A stretch of 64,000 nucleotides of DNA from Raillietiella orientalis (taxonomy: Eukaryota), in contig JAYWIR010000003.1 of the NCBI GenBank assembly GCA_036172245.1, positions 2,852,001 to 2,916,000 of the forward strand, read 5' to 3'. The notes below the pieces were generated by a model that worked only from the letters and a program-made list of their open reading frames with translations, was not told where the DNA came from and ran no database searches. Below, piece by piece: positions 1-13,150 of this stretch; positions within the stretch are counted from its first letter, which is position 1, and the number at the start of each line of letters is the position of its first letter. Both the position numbers and the translations under genes were made by a program.

Positions 1-1649
1 TTCAAGTGCAACTGCGCTTCCGCACCAAAGGAATTCTGCAGAAGATTCTTAAGATATGAGAATACCGGAACACTACTTCTGGAAGGAAACAAAAAATTCG
101 GAATTTTCAAGGAAACGAATGATCAAGAGCGAAGCAAGACAGTGACGTCACCTTCGATAAAGAATTTCAAAGGCGACCCGAAGCAATTCAGTCCGATCAT
201 CATTTGAGCAGCTGCAGACAAGAAAATTTCTGAATTTTTTCAAAGTTCCAAGAACCGATGTGTCTAAGTACTCAGTAGTAGGGTTGAAGTTCCCTTGTAC
301 ACATACAGAACTTCTGATTCTTGACAGTGTTAAAAAGGAAAGGAAACACATTGCCAGAAAAACAGTATCGTTGTGAGGATCGGCGTTCTTTTTTTGGTCA
401 TTTAACGGCGTCGGGTCAATCACACTGCTGCCCGAAATCCGTTTTGAAGCGGATGTCTCAGTCTCGCAAGGCCTCTTCCTCTATAGGAACGAAATTGTTC
501 AGCTGAGGCATTCTCTTTGCAATGACAGCCCCGCAAATCAAAATTCAGATTCAGTTTTCGGATTTCAGCAGCTTCTCGCATCTGTGGCTTTCGGTTCTGA
601 GTGCTCAAGACGCGATGTGGCTATCGCGATCTCGCCCTGAGCGCTCCAAAGAGCTGAGGTTCTGAGTCCGTGTGGGCGTTGAGGTTCGAGTTGGTACTTT
701 CAGCATGCAGCTGGACGCGCGGACCCGGGCGACCGCTTCCCGCATTTTTCCGGACAGTTTCTAGGATTCGTTCCATCTCAAGAGGCAGAAGAAGACGATG
801 CGGTATCTCCTCACTGGAACCTCGAATCGCGCGACAAAGTGGTCTTCTTCCCAAACAGGAACTGCTCTCCCTCCTCACGAATTGAATCGAAATTTTGCGT
901 TTGGAATTCGGAAATATGGCACGGGGAAGATGCATCCATTGCGTGGATCCTCTTGGAGAACTCTCGAACGATTCGCAGTGCGAACCTCTCACGTTGCAGC
1001 CTGCTCGCTACCATAATGGGAAGAATAAGGAAAGCTCACAGAAGAGCTGCAGTGACTCGGCGACTGCCGCAGAAAGGATTCTCTGTGCTCCAGCTTCGAA
1101 ATTACGAACACCGAAAGAAGAAGGAAAGAATTTTGTGAAGGCGTATCCTCCAAGAGCTTGGCAAGTATCAACTCCATCATTTAAGCAAGGCTGAGCAAGA
1201 GGAAACTCGACTCTTCCTAGTGCAAGGCTTTCAGTAAGGACAGCAAAAGGAAAAGAGTAAATTAATAGCAGGAAGCTTGTGTGTTTGGGAGTTTTAAGAG
1301 CTGGCTGCATTGAGATGACTCTAGAAAAACTCAAAGAGCTTAGCGAATCGGAAATATGCATTAAAATTCCTTTCGCAAGTACAGACGTGGAAGCTTGGAA
1401 AAACAGTGGTTCCTTCTTGTACTTTGAACCCAAATGTTTAGCCTGAGTAAATGTCTCAGGCTCCATGACTTCCAGCTATTCTTTTGTGACTTCCCGGAGA
1501 TTTATGAATTCGTTTGTATCCATTCAGGTAGGTAGTGAGTAAATGGGAACAAATCTAAGCAACCACGAATTTAACCCCTTTTGTTTCATAAAGCTGCGGG
1601 AAGAAGAAAAGGAAGAAGAAAAAGAAAAAAAAACAAGGAACGATTTTTT

Positions 1650-2050
1650 GAAGATATGATGGAACGTGAAGGATTCCTTTTCTACTGACGCTGGAATTCT
1701 GGATGTACGTTGTCAAGAGCAGCTTCATTGTAGGATTCATTGACTCGATTTTCGCCAAAGCCTTGAGGAGGAGTCGAGAGCAGCCGATCTGAACACTAAT
1801 GCGGATGTGGCATTGCATTTCCCGATCCTTCCCCTGGGTGACAGACACACACTCACGAAGCAGCGCTATGATGGAGGCATGTGGAAACAGCATCCTTGTA
1901 CTTGGAAGCAAGTGGAATGATCTCGAGAATTTACGAAAGGCAGGGCGCTGGAACCACTCACGGGAGCGAACCGCAACGAGTGGACTCTTCCTGAGAAATC
2001 CAAGCAGAGGAGCAGTGCATTACTTCAAATTGCAAGTAGGCTCGACGCAA
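1650..2050 (+). mobile_element. Decayed RTE-like LINE reverse transcriptase fragment
   Basis: Translates to GFIDSIFAKALRRSREQPI*TLMR (cf. FIDFxKAFDxVxRxxLW) and later YFKLQVGSTQ (cf. FxVxxGVRQG); contains stops and frameshifts. Confidence 0.45.
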
Positions 2051-2154
2051 CTTTTTGGATCTTCCTGTTGCCCACGACAACAACCGATTTATTCCCGCTC
2101 GGAATGCTTCTTCTCTGAATGCAGTCGAAGAAATTACATCTGTAAGGAGGCGAC

Positions 2155-2185
<31 letters not shown>

Positions 2186-2949
2186 GTCGATTAATTCCGA
2201 AGCGTTGCTGTTGAATTCAAGAGCCTTGGGAAAATTTGTCGCTGTTGTTTCTTTTTCGGACCACTTTGCATTACAAACGGCAGTTCATTTGGTTTTTAAA
2301 CATTCTTCCAATTTTTGATTTTTCAGTCACAAGATTATCGGCAGTTGGAGAGTATTCCTCTCGGGCACCACAATAGTGCTGACGTGTATTTGATGACTTT
2401 GAGCAGAAAATCTGTTTTCTTCTAGGATCTGTTTCGAGGAACGACGCATTGTGCATCATCTACCCCTGCAACCCTGTATGCTCACATCATTATTCGTCAA
2501 GCCCCAGCGAACGAAGGTTCCTCGTTTCATCCCACGCTCTGCACCAGGTAGCTTAGATAAATGTTTCGTCTGCGGAGTGCAAAATGCTGGGACGCACGGG
2601 ATGAAGAGGTATCCGTATCACTCTTGCAGCTCGTTTCAAGGTGCTGTCAGTCATTTAATTGATCATTCGTTCTCGTGTACACGAAGAGGCGTGTGCATTT
2701 GTTTCAACAAGCCTTACGAGGATTTCAGAGACATCGATTGCAGAGTTCTTCATCGAGTTAAAGTAAGACTAGGGAGGAACATCCACCCGACTTTGCCTTT
2801 GAAGAGTATACAGAGATGTGTTTCTACAGGAAGCACTTGGGTCGGAACAGACATCCCCCTTTGAATCCACGAGAATTTTCCATACTGTGCTAGGAATACC
2901 CAACGAAGGACTGGGTGCTCATCAAGGGAATTCTAGAGAGGAAAGGAGC

Positions 2950-3300
2950 TGAAACAATCTCACTGGGTTTGCCGGCTTCAGAGTACGAGCACGCAAACTG
3001 ATGGAACGAATCCTGAGATGCCGAAAGAGTCAACGATAAGGACTGCATACGCTCAAGTGCTTCGCGATCCTTGAAGAAGTGATGACTCCGTTGTGGCCGC
3101 CTCTTCTCGGCCATTCAGTCAAAAATGGCTGCAGGTAGAACGGCGAGTCGTTTGCGCGGTATATCTCACACGTCATTTGAGCCACAGGTCTCTTGCGTGA
3201 CTTCCTCCTCCAAGGAAGGTTCGCTCTTTGGCGAGGAACTTGGACTCCTTGCAGCCCTTCCTTTTCCATTTCCGAAAAAAAAATCCCGATCCAGGAGTTT
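2950..3300 (-). mobile_element. Decayed RTE-like LINE, RT C-terminal fragment
   Basis: CKESKFLAKE (cf. VxEFKYLGS), SHHFFKDREAL (cf. PILLYGSEAW) and DSFHQFAC (cf. xFHxxCLR) occur in the expected order. Confidence 0.3.
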
Positions 3301-4347
3301 TTTTTGCATTGAATCATTTCTAGCGGAATGACCGTGGCGCTTTCCGTTCCAGGCGCGCCTCCCGGATCACTCCACCCGTTCACAAGAAGCCAGTCCTCCG
3401 TTTCCCGTCGAAAGATTCCCACCTTCGCCCGATGGTTCCAACATGCTGGAACTGTGGTGACCTGACAGCAGTGCGTCGGTCGAAGGGCTTCAACGTGGCT
3501 CTTTTCTGCGTCCCTATGCAAAGAAAAGGAGGAAGAAAGGAGTCGAAGAAGAGCTTTCCTCTTTTGTCGTTCGCGGCTGCACGGAATGAGTTTGCCGAGC
3601 GGTACGTAAGCGCGAAACACTTGAGGGAATTCTTCCTGGAAACTCCTTAAGGGCCTTCCTTATCCAGGACCAAGCAAGGCAGGAACTGGCCAGTGCGTTT
3701 TGAGGCTCTCATTACGAGGAGGATCGTAAATTCGATTTCTGTTTCCGTTTTCATTTTCTTTCTGAGGCATAACTTCCGGTGATGCTCTGATTGCGCTAGG
3801 AGGATGAAACAATTAGACGAAATTGACTCCTATCCAGGATTCGTAGCTGCACCATGGGAACGCTCATCGGATACGCTGCCTTTAACAGCATTTTAATCAC
3901 ACCAATTGCCGCGAAGTTTGCTCTTAAACCTGGTGTGAAAATTCCGTAAACTACGAACTGCCGCTTGTTAATATAAAAGCTCTTGGAAGTGGAATCCTGC
4001 CAGTTGATGACCAGAAAGTTTCAGCACTTTTTTGTTTCTTTTCCTTTTTTTTTTTTTGGTTTTCTAAGAACGCTCAAATATACGAACGACGAGGATTTTT
4101 CATCCCTTCAGCTCAGCTAGCAGGCGATCCCAAACTTTTCCGAGGTGAATCTGGAAGATTCCTCCTGACGATTTCCCTGGAGCTCGCGACTGCAATTCAT
4201 CGAATCCCAGCGACCTCGCTGCAAGTCGCAAGCGCGGGCTCAGATTCCGAAGTTCCTCCCTGCTCCATGATCTTGGTTTCATGTGTTTCGAACTCTTAGC
4301 AAACAGTGTGCACAAAGTACATGAGCCCTCGAGACGCTGGAAACGAC

Positions 4348-4779
4348 GCGCTGCCACGTAAAAACACCCCGGCAGCGTTGGCCGTGCTTCGCGGACACCC
4401 CCAAAGCACCAGCACGCTCCCATCGGCTGAAGGTGCGCTGCCACGTAAAAACACCCCGGCAGCGTTGGCCGTGCTTCGCGGACACCCCCAAAGCGCCAGC
4501 ACGCTCCCATCGGCTGAAGGTGCGCTGCCACGTAAAAACACCCCGGCAGCGTTGGCCGTGCTTCGCGGACACCCCCAAAGCGCCAGCACGCTCCCATCGG
4601 CTGAAGGTGCGCTGCCACGTAAAAACACCCCGGCAGCGTTGGCCGTGCTTCGCGGACACCCCCAAAGCACCAGCACGCTCCCATCGGCTGAAGGTGCGCT
4701 GCCACGTAAAAACACCCCGGCAGCGTTGGCCGTGCTTCGCGGACACCCCCAAAGCGCCAGCACGCTCCCATCGGCTGAA
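4348..4779. repeat. 87-bp GC-rich minisatellite, 5 copies
   Basis: Units start at 4348, 4435, 4522, 4609 and 4696 (gcgctgccacgtaaaaacaccccggcagc...catcggctgaaggt). They differ only at one A/G site (aaagcAccag / aaagcGccag); the last copy is 3 nt short. Confidence 0.98.
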
Positions 4780-5079
4780 TGCACGCACGCGTGGACAAAC
4801 AGTGCTACCGGGAAGCGAAACCCTGCTTTTCCTTCTCCAGTTCCTTGCATATTCTCATCCAAGAGGGAAACTATGGGGCCTGGGAATCAATAGAGGAATC
4901 CTTCCTTGCTAGAATTTTCCCTTTTCTTCGTGTGTGTGTCTTTCCTGGGAACCGATTGCATGGTTCAGGGAATCCTTTGAAGCAACTGCGTAGGGCGAGT
5001 ACAGAAAAGAAAGAGCAGCCTCGGCTATTCCTGAACAGACAAACAAAGGTCTGTAGATGTGACTGATTCGAATTATGAT

Positions 5080-5460
5080 AGGAAAAAAAGATTCTCCGAG
5101 CCATTGGACTTCACAACACCGAAGTAGCTTTCTGCAGAATCACGGCGAAAGCTTCCTATATAATCCGGATCTGATGCTGCATCGAAATAAGGCTGTTTGT
5201 CCGGATGGAAATGCAGCAAAGTACCATGTGCATAAATTATAAGCTCTTTTATCACATGCATATTAGATACCATTGTCCCTCCATGCAAGAGCACGCTCCA
5301 TAAGGGATGCGAGTGTCTGTAGGGATAGTTTATGAGTCTCGAAACTCATGTCATCGTGACATCTGATTTTCCAATAAACCCTGTGCCCACTTTTTGAATC
5401 CTAGTGCGTAATGAGAACATGTAACCCCCTACAAAAAAGTACGAACAAAATACCAAAGTC
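5080..5460 (-). mobile_element. Decayed Ty3/gypsy RT-RNase H junction fragment
   Basis: RLINY...SHPL (cf. GLINYYxxFIPxxxxxxxPL), then AW...IKEL...LLHFHPDKQPYFDAASD..IG (cf. LKxxLxxxPxLxxFDPxKPxxLxxDASxxGIG). Confidence 0.35.
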
Positions 5461-7719
5461 TTATTTTTCAGATCTTCACGGGCAACACGTGAATTCGAAG
5501 TTGACAAAGACAAACTGAGAGCACTTTGCCTCCAGCAGGATGTCAGCTGATGGCAAGTGGAAGAACAATTGGGTCTTCGTATCCGAATTCAAAGAATTCA
5601 AGGGACGAGGAAGCGGACAGATTTTGGACCATCGGAGCGGGAGTTTTCGGCAAATTCCCGGATCCTTGCTTAGTCCAACACAAAGTATCAAATTGAAATG
5701 TCTTGATCTCTTGTCGCTCGAAAAGAAAGGATTCGGCCGAAAGCAAAGAAGAAGAACCCTCCTCGCACGAGACCCGGAGATGGCTTAATTACAAACTGTC
5801 TTCAAATTCTGAGTTACCAAAGCGAGAGTTAGCGGTGGGCACACAAAGGAAGGCAGCAACGAACTCTTGGCTCTCCCTCGTCAGAAACCAAACCAAATCA
5901 TTGTCCGGGCACTAAAACTCATTCTCCATCATCATCACTGTCATTTATTGTGAGAGTTTCTAAATGTTGGATTCTAGGACAACTTTGGCTCCTCGAACCT
6001 CAGTGACAAATTTCGGCAGTATGCTCGAAGAGCAGGCCGCAAGGCACGGGAGAAATGGGATGAGATGTGAGGAAACAAAGGAAAACGAAAGAGTGGGAAT
6101 TCATCACGGCAATTATAGAATAAATGTTCCAGAACATGAGATGAGAAAAGTGGCTCCACGTAACGCCATGGTTTCTTCGTTCTTACTGCCGAAAAGAAAT
6201 AATACTCTTCGCTGATGACCACGGACTCCATGTACAATTCGTGCGGTGATGGAGCAAAATAGTGTTAAAGCCAAAGAGAGGTTTAAAAAGCAATCAAAAG
6301 AACATCACATCACCGTTTCGCTTTATGGATCGCTTTCGCAAATGAAATAAATAAATAAACTTCGTGATAGTTTCCTCGTGCTAGAACAGTTGACAAGAGA
6401 CGAGGTGACGGGAGGAATTTCGGTGAAACGGAAACGCCGAATCGAAAAAGGCGAGAGCGGTTGCTAGGTTTCCACCCGCGTTTCCTTCTGACGAATCGTT
6501 CGACTTGCTACTACCACGAAACGCCTCCCTTCCTGTTCGATTCTGAATCTGTCGCCCCGTCACTTTAGTGTAGTGACATGGAAGTCAAGTTTTCCTGTAG
6601 AAAATGGCTCCCGACACGTTAGGGGCTCGAAAACGGGAGGCGCACTGCAGAACCTCTTGCGATCCGCATCCGCAAACTTGTATTCCCACGCTCTCCCTGA
6701 ATTTCGCTTCCCAATTATATACATCAGTGTATCCGATAGTGTTTGAGCTTGTGATCAAATTATTTTTCGTATCCCTTGTTGTTTCCTTTCGTCAGCAGGA
6801 CACGACCCATCTCTGAGTTATGGAATCGACTCCAATTACTCGGACCAGCCATCTCGTAATATGGCGGACGTTATGTCAAGCACAGAGCTCAGGCTTGAGC
6901 ATTCATGGGTTCAGACTGGCACGTGGAGGAAAAGCTCGAAACAAAATTGATTGAATTCACGTTAACGATGTTTAAGCAGCCGTAATGGCTTAATCCAACA
7001 GCTCCTTTCTTCACCGGAAATAAGATCGACATCCTGTTACAATTTAGGAACCATGCCTCAAAGAATTAACAAATTCCTGCAACTCTCTCTGTGTGTGTGT
7101 CGGTTTGGCCTCAAGCATCTCTCAAGCATGAAGATGAGTTCATCTCATGCTTGAGAGGAATGGGAACGACTCGATAGGGAACCAAAGGATTGGCCGATGG
7201 CCGAAAAACACGTTGCTACGAAACCGTGTGCGATTTTTTTTTTTTTTTTTTCTCAGCGTGAAACAGCAGCTGCATGTTTTGCTGAGAACTCAGCGCGCCA
7301 AAAAGCAGAAAGAAGAAGGGAGCATCGCGGCAATCACACTGAGGAAGTGCGATCTCAGAAGCACGGGAGGAGCGCCTTCAAAGCGAAGCCCAGAGCGAAA
7401 TCTCTTCAGATCTAGGCCAACGGGAAAACCGTTGTTTTGGCAACCAAACGTGAGCAAACAAGAACCAAACAATCTGCAGTTTGCAAACACAGTAGCAATC
7501 TGCTTGCGCACGCGGAAAGCTGCAGAATTCCGGGAGGACTGCGTTAACCGATGTGGACCAGGTAGAAGATCGAAGCATCACAAACCTTTGCAAGCCAAAC
7601 GCCTTCGAGTAGATTTCCTCAGAACCCAAAGTTTCCTCTTACTGGCCGCACGAAATCCTCACGGTAAGCTTTAGAGGTGGAGAAGGTTCGAGAAACTGAA
7701 CGGAGTGTTATTCGGTGCA

Positions 7720-8020
7720 CAGAAACGCTTTTCCGCCGTGACATTCAGCAAATTTTCGTCTGTGTGATCGCCGTCGATCACATCCGCAAGGAGCGGTTCG
7801 TCCATTCCGCAGAGAACCCTAAATAAGGGTCGGCCTTCCTTTTGGGGGATGCGAAGCTCTCCTCTCGCGATCCGCCTGGAAGCGTGCCGGACTCGCTGCC
7901 GCCCGTACCTATTTTCGACCCAAACACGAATTGCATTCCCAATCGTGTTGAGCACAGTTTGCCGATTCGAGATCTTGAAAGTGACCTTGAGAATCTTCTG
8001 CCGCATCGCGAGCTTCGCTA
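7720..8020 (-). mobile_element. Decayed RTE-like LINE 3' ORF fragment
   Basis: RQKILKVTFKISNRQTVL (cf. LRKILxIxWxDKIxNxEVL) and RGELRIPQKEGRPLFR (cf. YGELxxGxRxxGRPxxR), within ORF 7671..8024. Confidence 0.5.
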
Positions 8021-8829
8021 ACAAGGCTCTGCAAATCGGAAACCGAAGTCGAGTAATTTTTTTCTAATTTCTGCAGAACGCACCATAAATTTTTCATCTT
8101 TTCGAAATCCTTAGGAATATTCCCGAGATTCTAAACGAGTATGAAGCCCACAAAGCTGGACTTTGAAAAGTATTTCTAAATTTTGGCTCATAACTCAAGG
8201 TGACATGACAAAAAGCACATTTCTGGCCCTAGTCGAAGTTTGGTACCTCGAATCTTCATCCGTTCCACTGTGGAAAGTCATTTTATCAATCTTCTGATAA
8301 TGCAGCAAATTACCGAAAAGGGATTTTAAATCAATCGCTGTCAAATTTCTCCAAGATAGCTTGGATGCTTCAAATGGATCCGAATTTTTTTTTTTTTTTT
8401 GGTCCGACTGTTCGGATATTTATGGTGCCAGAACTGTATATCTCAAGTCACCAGCATCCAGTAGATGGGATGTATGAAGAAATCACTGAGACTAAAAAAT
8501 TGCAATTTTTTTTTTTTTTTTTTTTTCCTTTGGAAATTTCAAAGCTTCCTCGCAACGTTCCACAGGACCACTTGCTTTCTCCAAGGATTCACTAATCACG
8601 GAAGATCTAACTGAGTTGCATCTCGCTTGAAGGGAGGATCATTTGCATCTGCCTTTTGTTTTCGAATCGCGAAAGCTCTCACTTCAAACTGACAAGCAGA
8701 TGCGAAAGGTCGAAGATTTCACTTCTTGAGGTAGTTCCGGTAGCCTAGTTTCATAAACTGCTCTGCCGTGATGAATCGTAGCCACAGATCACTCGCTCGA
8801 TCCCTGAATGGAAACCGTTTGGGGTTCCG

Positions 8830-9090
8830 ATCGGGATGTAAGCATCCATTCGGTTTTCATCAGTCGCTATGGATGATGGGTTGGAGCGCAGTCTTGCAGG
8901 TATTCAGCAGTGCGTGCGCTTATGCTTGGAAGAACATTCGGCATGCTGCTAATGGGGGTCCGAATATCATCAAATGAAGTGTGCACGCCGCAAAGGAAGA
9001 AAACTGGCTGCGGAGGATGCACAGGAAAATGGAGTGACTGGAGAAGATCACCTCGGTTTCCTGAGAATCCCACGTTGTTGGAAGACGAGA
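8830..9090 (+). mobile_element. Decayed RTE-like LINE 3' ORF fragment
   Basis: MLGRTFGMLLMGVRISSNEV (cf. MLRRIxGVxxxDRIxNEEV), preceded by GFHQSLWMM (cf. YGSETW). Confidence 0.35.
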
Positions 9091-10631
9091 AAAAATGAGC
9101 TCCTGAGGCATTAACTCGTCCATTCCAGAATCTAATTCACCCTGGCATTCGCTGAACTTCTCTCCACAGGACACTGCACGTCACAAATTGGATGGATACA
9201 GCGAGCGGAAGAAGTGAAGATTCGTTTTCATGGAGGAATCGATCCGGTTTTGTCTTCCAGGGGTTTCAACAACTCGTTCTGGCGTCTTCTCCGCCCCTCC
9301 ATGGCCTCTTGCCTTTCAGAAACTTCTACTCCTGGGCTAATTTGAAATTTGGCAAATGAGAGAACGGGAGGTTCCCCTGGATCAATGATCGTGCGATTTT
9401 CAAACCTTCTAATCTCAGTGGAGGTGAAAATTTACCCCCATCCCCCCCTTGCAACGCACAACCCACGATTAATCGGTCCCACTGGAGTTTAGTAATCTGC
9501 CAGGCATTTACCTTACTTATAGGTATTGCTTCGGACTGTGAAGACAGTTGGAGCCACTGTGTTCCTCTAATGTAGCTACGAGGATCACGTTTTCTAGTGA
9601 GTGCACAGGTCTGCTTTAACGTGTACAATCTGATGTCGGAAGCAAAACGTTCTCTGTGAGCCGCTCTTCAGCATCATCGACCAAACATTCGAGATACCCA
9701 AAAACACGTCCTTTGAATGCATCCCTCTAACGGATGTCTTCCGACGCATGAAGATCGTCTCCGCCGTTACTGTTTGCTCTCCTGCGATCCGTTCCTCATC
9801 TGCATCAAAAAATCGTCCCACTCGTGAAACAGCGACTCCAAAGGAAGGCCAGGAAGAAAGCAAAGGTGGGTGAACACCGAACTGCAGCCCAAGAATTCGG
9901 ATGCTTCTCCTCCGACTTGCTCGATTCCTCCTCCCACCTACCTTCAGGCACCGTGGGATTTCGGGGAACCACAGGTGCTTCGCTTCCTTTCGCAGGCCTG
10001 TTTCGGGCAGCTGTTCCAAGAAAGTTGCACTTGAGAGCTTGCACCCCAAAAGACAAACGGTCCCTCAAGAAACGTACGGAGTGCGAATTTCCCATCCTCT
10101 GCCAGAGAACCTCAGCGTCATTTTATTATTCGAGGTGTTCGTACTGCGTATTCCAAATTATGATTGTATTTCCTATCCGTTTGCTTTTTATACCTATTGA
10201 AGCGCGAAGGCTAGACAGACACGATGATCCAGCTGGAATTCATCTACGAGCAACTGAATGAATTTGTTTTCCTTAGGGCAGGTGGAGCATAGGAAGTTTT
10301 GAATGCAGAATTCCGATAAGAGCAGATCACGATCCCCGTGTTTGCGAAGGCGTAATAATCTTTCATGTGATTCGTTCCTCAACGCTCTTGGACTGACATT
10401 AGAAACTGTACAAACATCTATTGAAAGGGGAGTCTGGAGATGCAAGAATTGCACTCGAGATGGGAGCATTCCCCGAGAATGTTTACCGGGAATTTCCAAA
10501 ATTACTGGGTGGGACCGTGCACAGCAAAATAATAAAATGGGAAGCATTGGGATGGCAACAGAATAAGGGTTCAATAAAACCATGAAGAAGGTTGTCTTCG
10601 GTATCGATTATCTTTTCAAAACAAGTAGATA

Positions 10632-10662
<31 letters not shown>

Positions 10663-11299
10663 GAGAGAGAGAGAGAGTCGTTTTAGCAGGTAAAAGCACT
10701 ACAGCAAGACTGTCTAGAAGAAACCACATTTCTAAGGTCACGCTGGAGATCGCAAACATGACCTATTCAGAATCCAAAGTTGACTTCACGTGACGCACGA
10801 TGGCATTCTTCGATCTCTCAACTGCATCCCGTACCGCAAGCACGAATATGAGTGCAAAAAATAAAATCACAAGTGCCTTCCTTCCAAGACCAAACACCAA
10901 AGCCTCGTGCGTGGTTTGATTCGAAGCTGCCCATCCTCCGTGCATCTTACTGAATGCATTCGATTTCTATTTTTCTATCGTTTATTCGAGTACGAAGCAG
11001 CTATTCAAAAAACTGAAGGTGTGGCACACGTGTAATTAATATGTGACATGTGAGCAGGAACGTGCATTATCCCATTCTATAAAAAAAGTGCTCTCAAAAA
11101 TGCGATGGTGAAACTGTGCCATCTAACAGAACTGCGTCGAGAGGATTGGATACGGTCCCGTCCTCACCCTTTTTGCGTCCCTCATTCCCGCAAATCTTGG
11201 AACCTACAAAGCAGCGCTTTGGCCAAATGAGCATCAACTGAGGAGCCCATTGAAATGAGGTGGTCAGCCGCAGGTCCTAAGCTTGCGAGCTTCGTTCCG

Positions 11300-11520
11300 C
11301 GCAACTCCCTGCGAAAATCCCAAATTTTCCAGCTTCCCACTACATAGGAGAAATCGAAAGCCTTCCTTCTAATGACCATGGAACAGCACAAATCAACGAG
11401 GCTGCTCGAAAACGGTCGATCTCGGGCGTCATGACTGACTCGCTCATTAGCGAGCTGCTGGTTTCCAAATTGCATGGAGAACCGTCTATGAGCCCACTGC
11501 ACCACAATCCCACAACACTT
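11300..11520 (-). mobile_element. Decayed LINE RT fragment
   Basis: CSMVIRRKAFDFSYVVGSWKIW matches the FIDFxKAFDxVxxxxLW motif. Confidence 0.45.
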
Positions 11521-12559
11521 TGCTTATTCCATGGACGCTTCCTGCGCAAGGGATCCTAACGGAAAGCGTGAATGCGTGGGCGAAGCAAGGACGAAGAGCA
11601 CGGATGCTCTAAATCAAGAGAAGGATATCCAGGCAACCATAAAAACGAAGCACCGAGGAGTCGAGCGCATCTCGAAACCATCCAGGCAAATGACAAACGA
11701 ACGCGAAAGAGCTCCAGTAAGTATCCCGCTTAACGGCCAACCAAATGTGCAATGGTCATTAAAAGATGGTTACCAAAAAGAGTTTGGAAAGAAGAAGCAA
11801 AATATATATATACATATATGTATATAAGCGCAACCGAAAACAGCCCGAAATAGCCTCTCTGGAAAAAGCCAAATTCCGAAAGGGAGTCGTGGAAAACGTA
11901 TTTCACTTAGTGGTCCGAGTTTGGGGAAAAGTCCGCTTCTCTCGCTGCAGAGACTCATCTTGAGGGATAATGGAACGGTATTCGCAAAGTGGTTTCTCAC
12001 AGACGCGCTCGCAGACCTTTCCAGCTCTCTTCCCTTCTTGGACCCACACTGGTTATAAATAGCTAATGAAGACATCGCAGAAGAATGCCTTGAAACACCA
12101 GCAGGAATCCAGCGAGTTCCCTTAATTAAAGTAATGATCCATTGATAATTTTGCTTCCTAAATAGAGGGACTGACCAAAAAAAAACAAAGAAAGCGAATG
12201 TCAGGGTAAAGTGGAAGACCTCATCTTCTTTCCCACTTTTTGTTATTTAATTCCATTCACCGTTATGATTTTCAGCTCGCTGAATTTGGAGTCCCGTGTG
12301 GCTAGGCGACCTATCAGAGAGAGGCTTTGTACGTCATCAGCTTTATCGCTCCGACCAACGGATGGGATGCGGATCAGACTTTCTCCTGTTTCCAAATCAC
12401 CAGAGGATTTGGCTTCCTACGTCCGCCGGATAACTGTTCTTGCACACATCCCTTGTGCGCCAGAACGAACTTTTATTGGAGGAAGCGCATGCGTCCATTT
12501 CCGTCAAACTATCGACGAAGCGCCGTGATTACTTCTTGGTGGGCTCCAGGCTCTGTATA

Positions 12560-13150
12560 GAGCAAGCAATCGAATTCTCGATCCTGACTTCGTCCTGCTC
12601 TTCCAGCTTTCCTTCGTACCTGCATGATGCCTTCGGTTCCTTCCGAGGGGGTGCCCTTCCAAGTCGCTTCCGAGATCGAGGAGAGCCGTGCCTTGTGTTT
12701 GCACACTGCGAGAGATCTGTAAGCGAATCCCGAGCCTACAGTGCACCATTCATCTCTTAAGCTATCGAACACCGACGTGAGATGGGAACAGAAATCACCG
12801 TTCTGTTTCTAACTGCAGACACGAGGTGGCTGTTTCAGAGACTGGATGCTTGGATTCGATTCTTTCCTCGTTGCTGCATCCAAGCACCAGTTCCGTAGAC
12901 CACCAGTTCTCTCAATGAGATCGCCAAACATCCTGAACTTGGCTTCTGAAGAAACGGCTTTTCAACAGCAGTTAGTTGACGAATCGGTTCCTTTCCGACT
13001 CTTAGTGGTCCTCTGAGCTGCGCAGCATCTAAGACGGCTATTTGGAATCGAGCATAGTCCTTGCGTCTATCTGTCGACCTACGCGATGACGAATCCAGCT
13101 GCGAAGAACTCAGGATGAGCAGATGGGATCCGTTCCCAAAGATCGAAGAG
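12560..13150 (-). mobile_element. Decayed RTE-like LINE 3' ORF fragment
   Basis: Across frameshifts: EAKFRMFGDLIE / LVVYGTGAW / KNRIQA / FDSLRDE / EGIMQVRRKAGRAGR. These match TKLRIFxxLIxPILLYGSETW...NRIQA...DRIRNE...EGxVxGKRxRGRPR in order. Confidence 0.55.

Noticed and set aside
1010..1440. Possible Tc1/mariner transposase N-terminal remnant (LANRKYALKFLSQVQTW)
   Set aside because: Only one weak motif; no DDE motifs or terminal inverted repeats seen.
4348..4779. CRISPR array or repeat-protein gene
   Set aside because: Units are contiguous with no unique spacers and no cas genes; open frames follow from the GC-rich 87-bp period.
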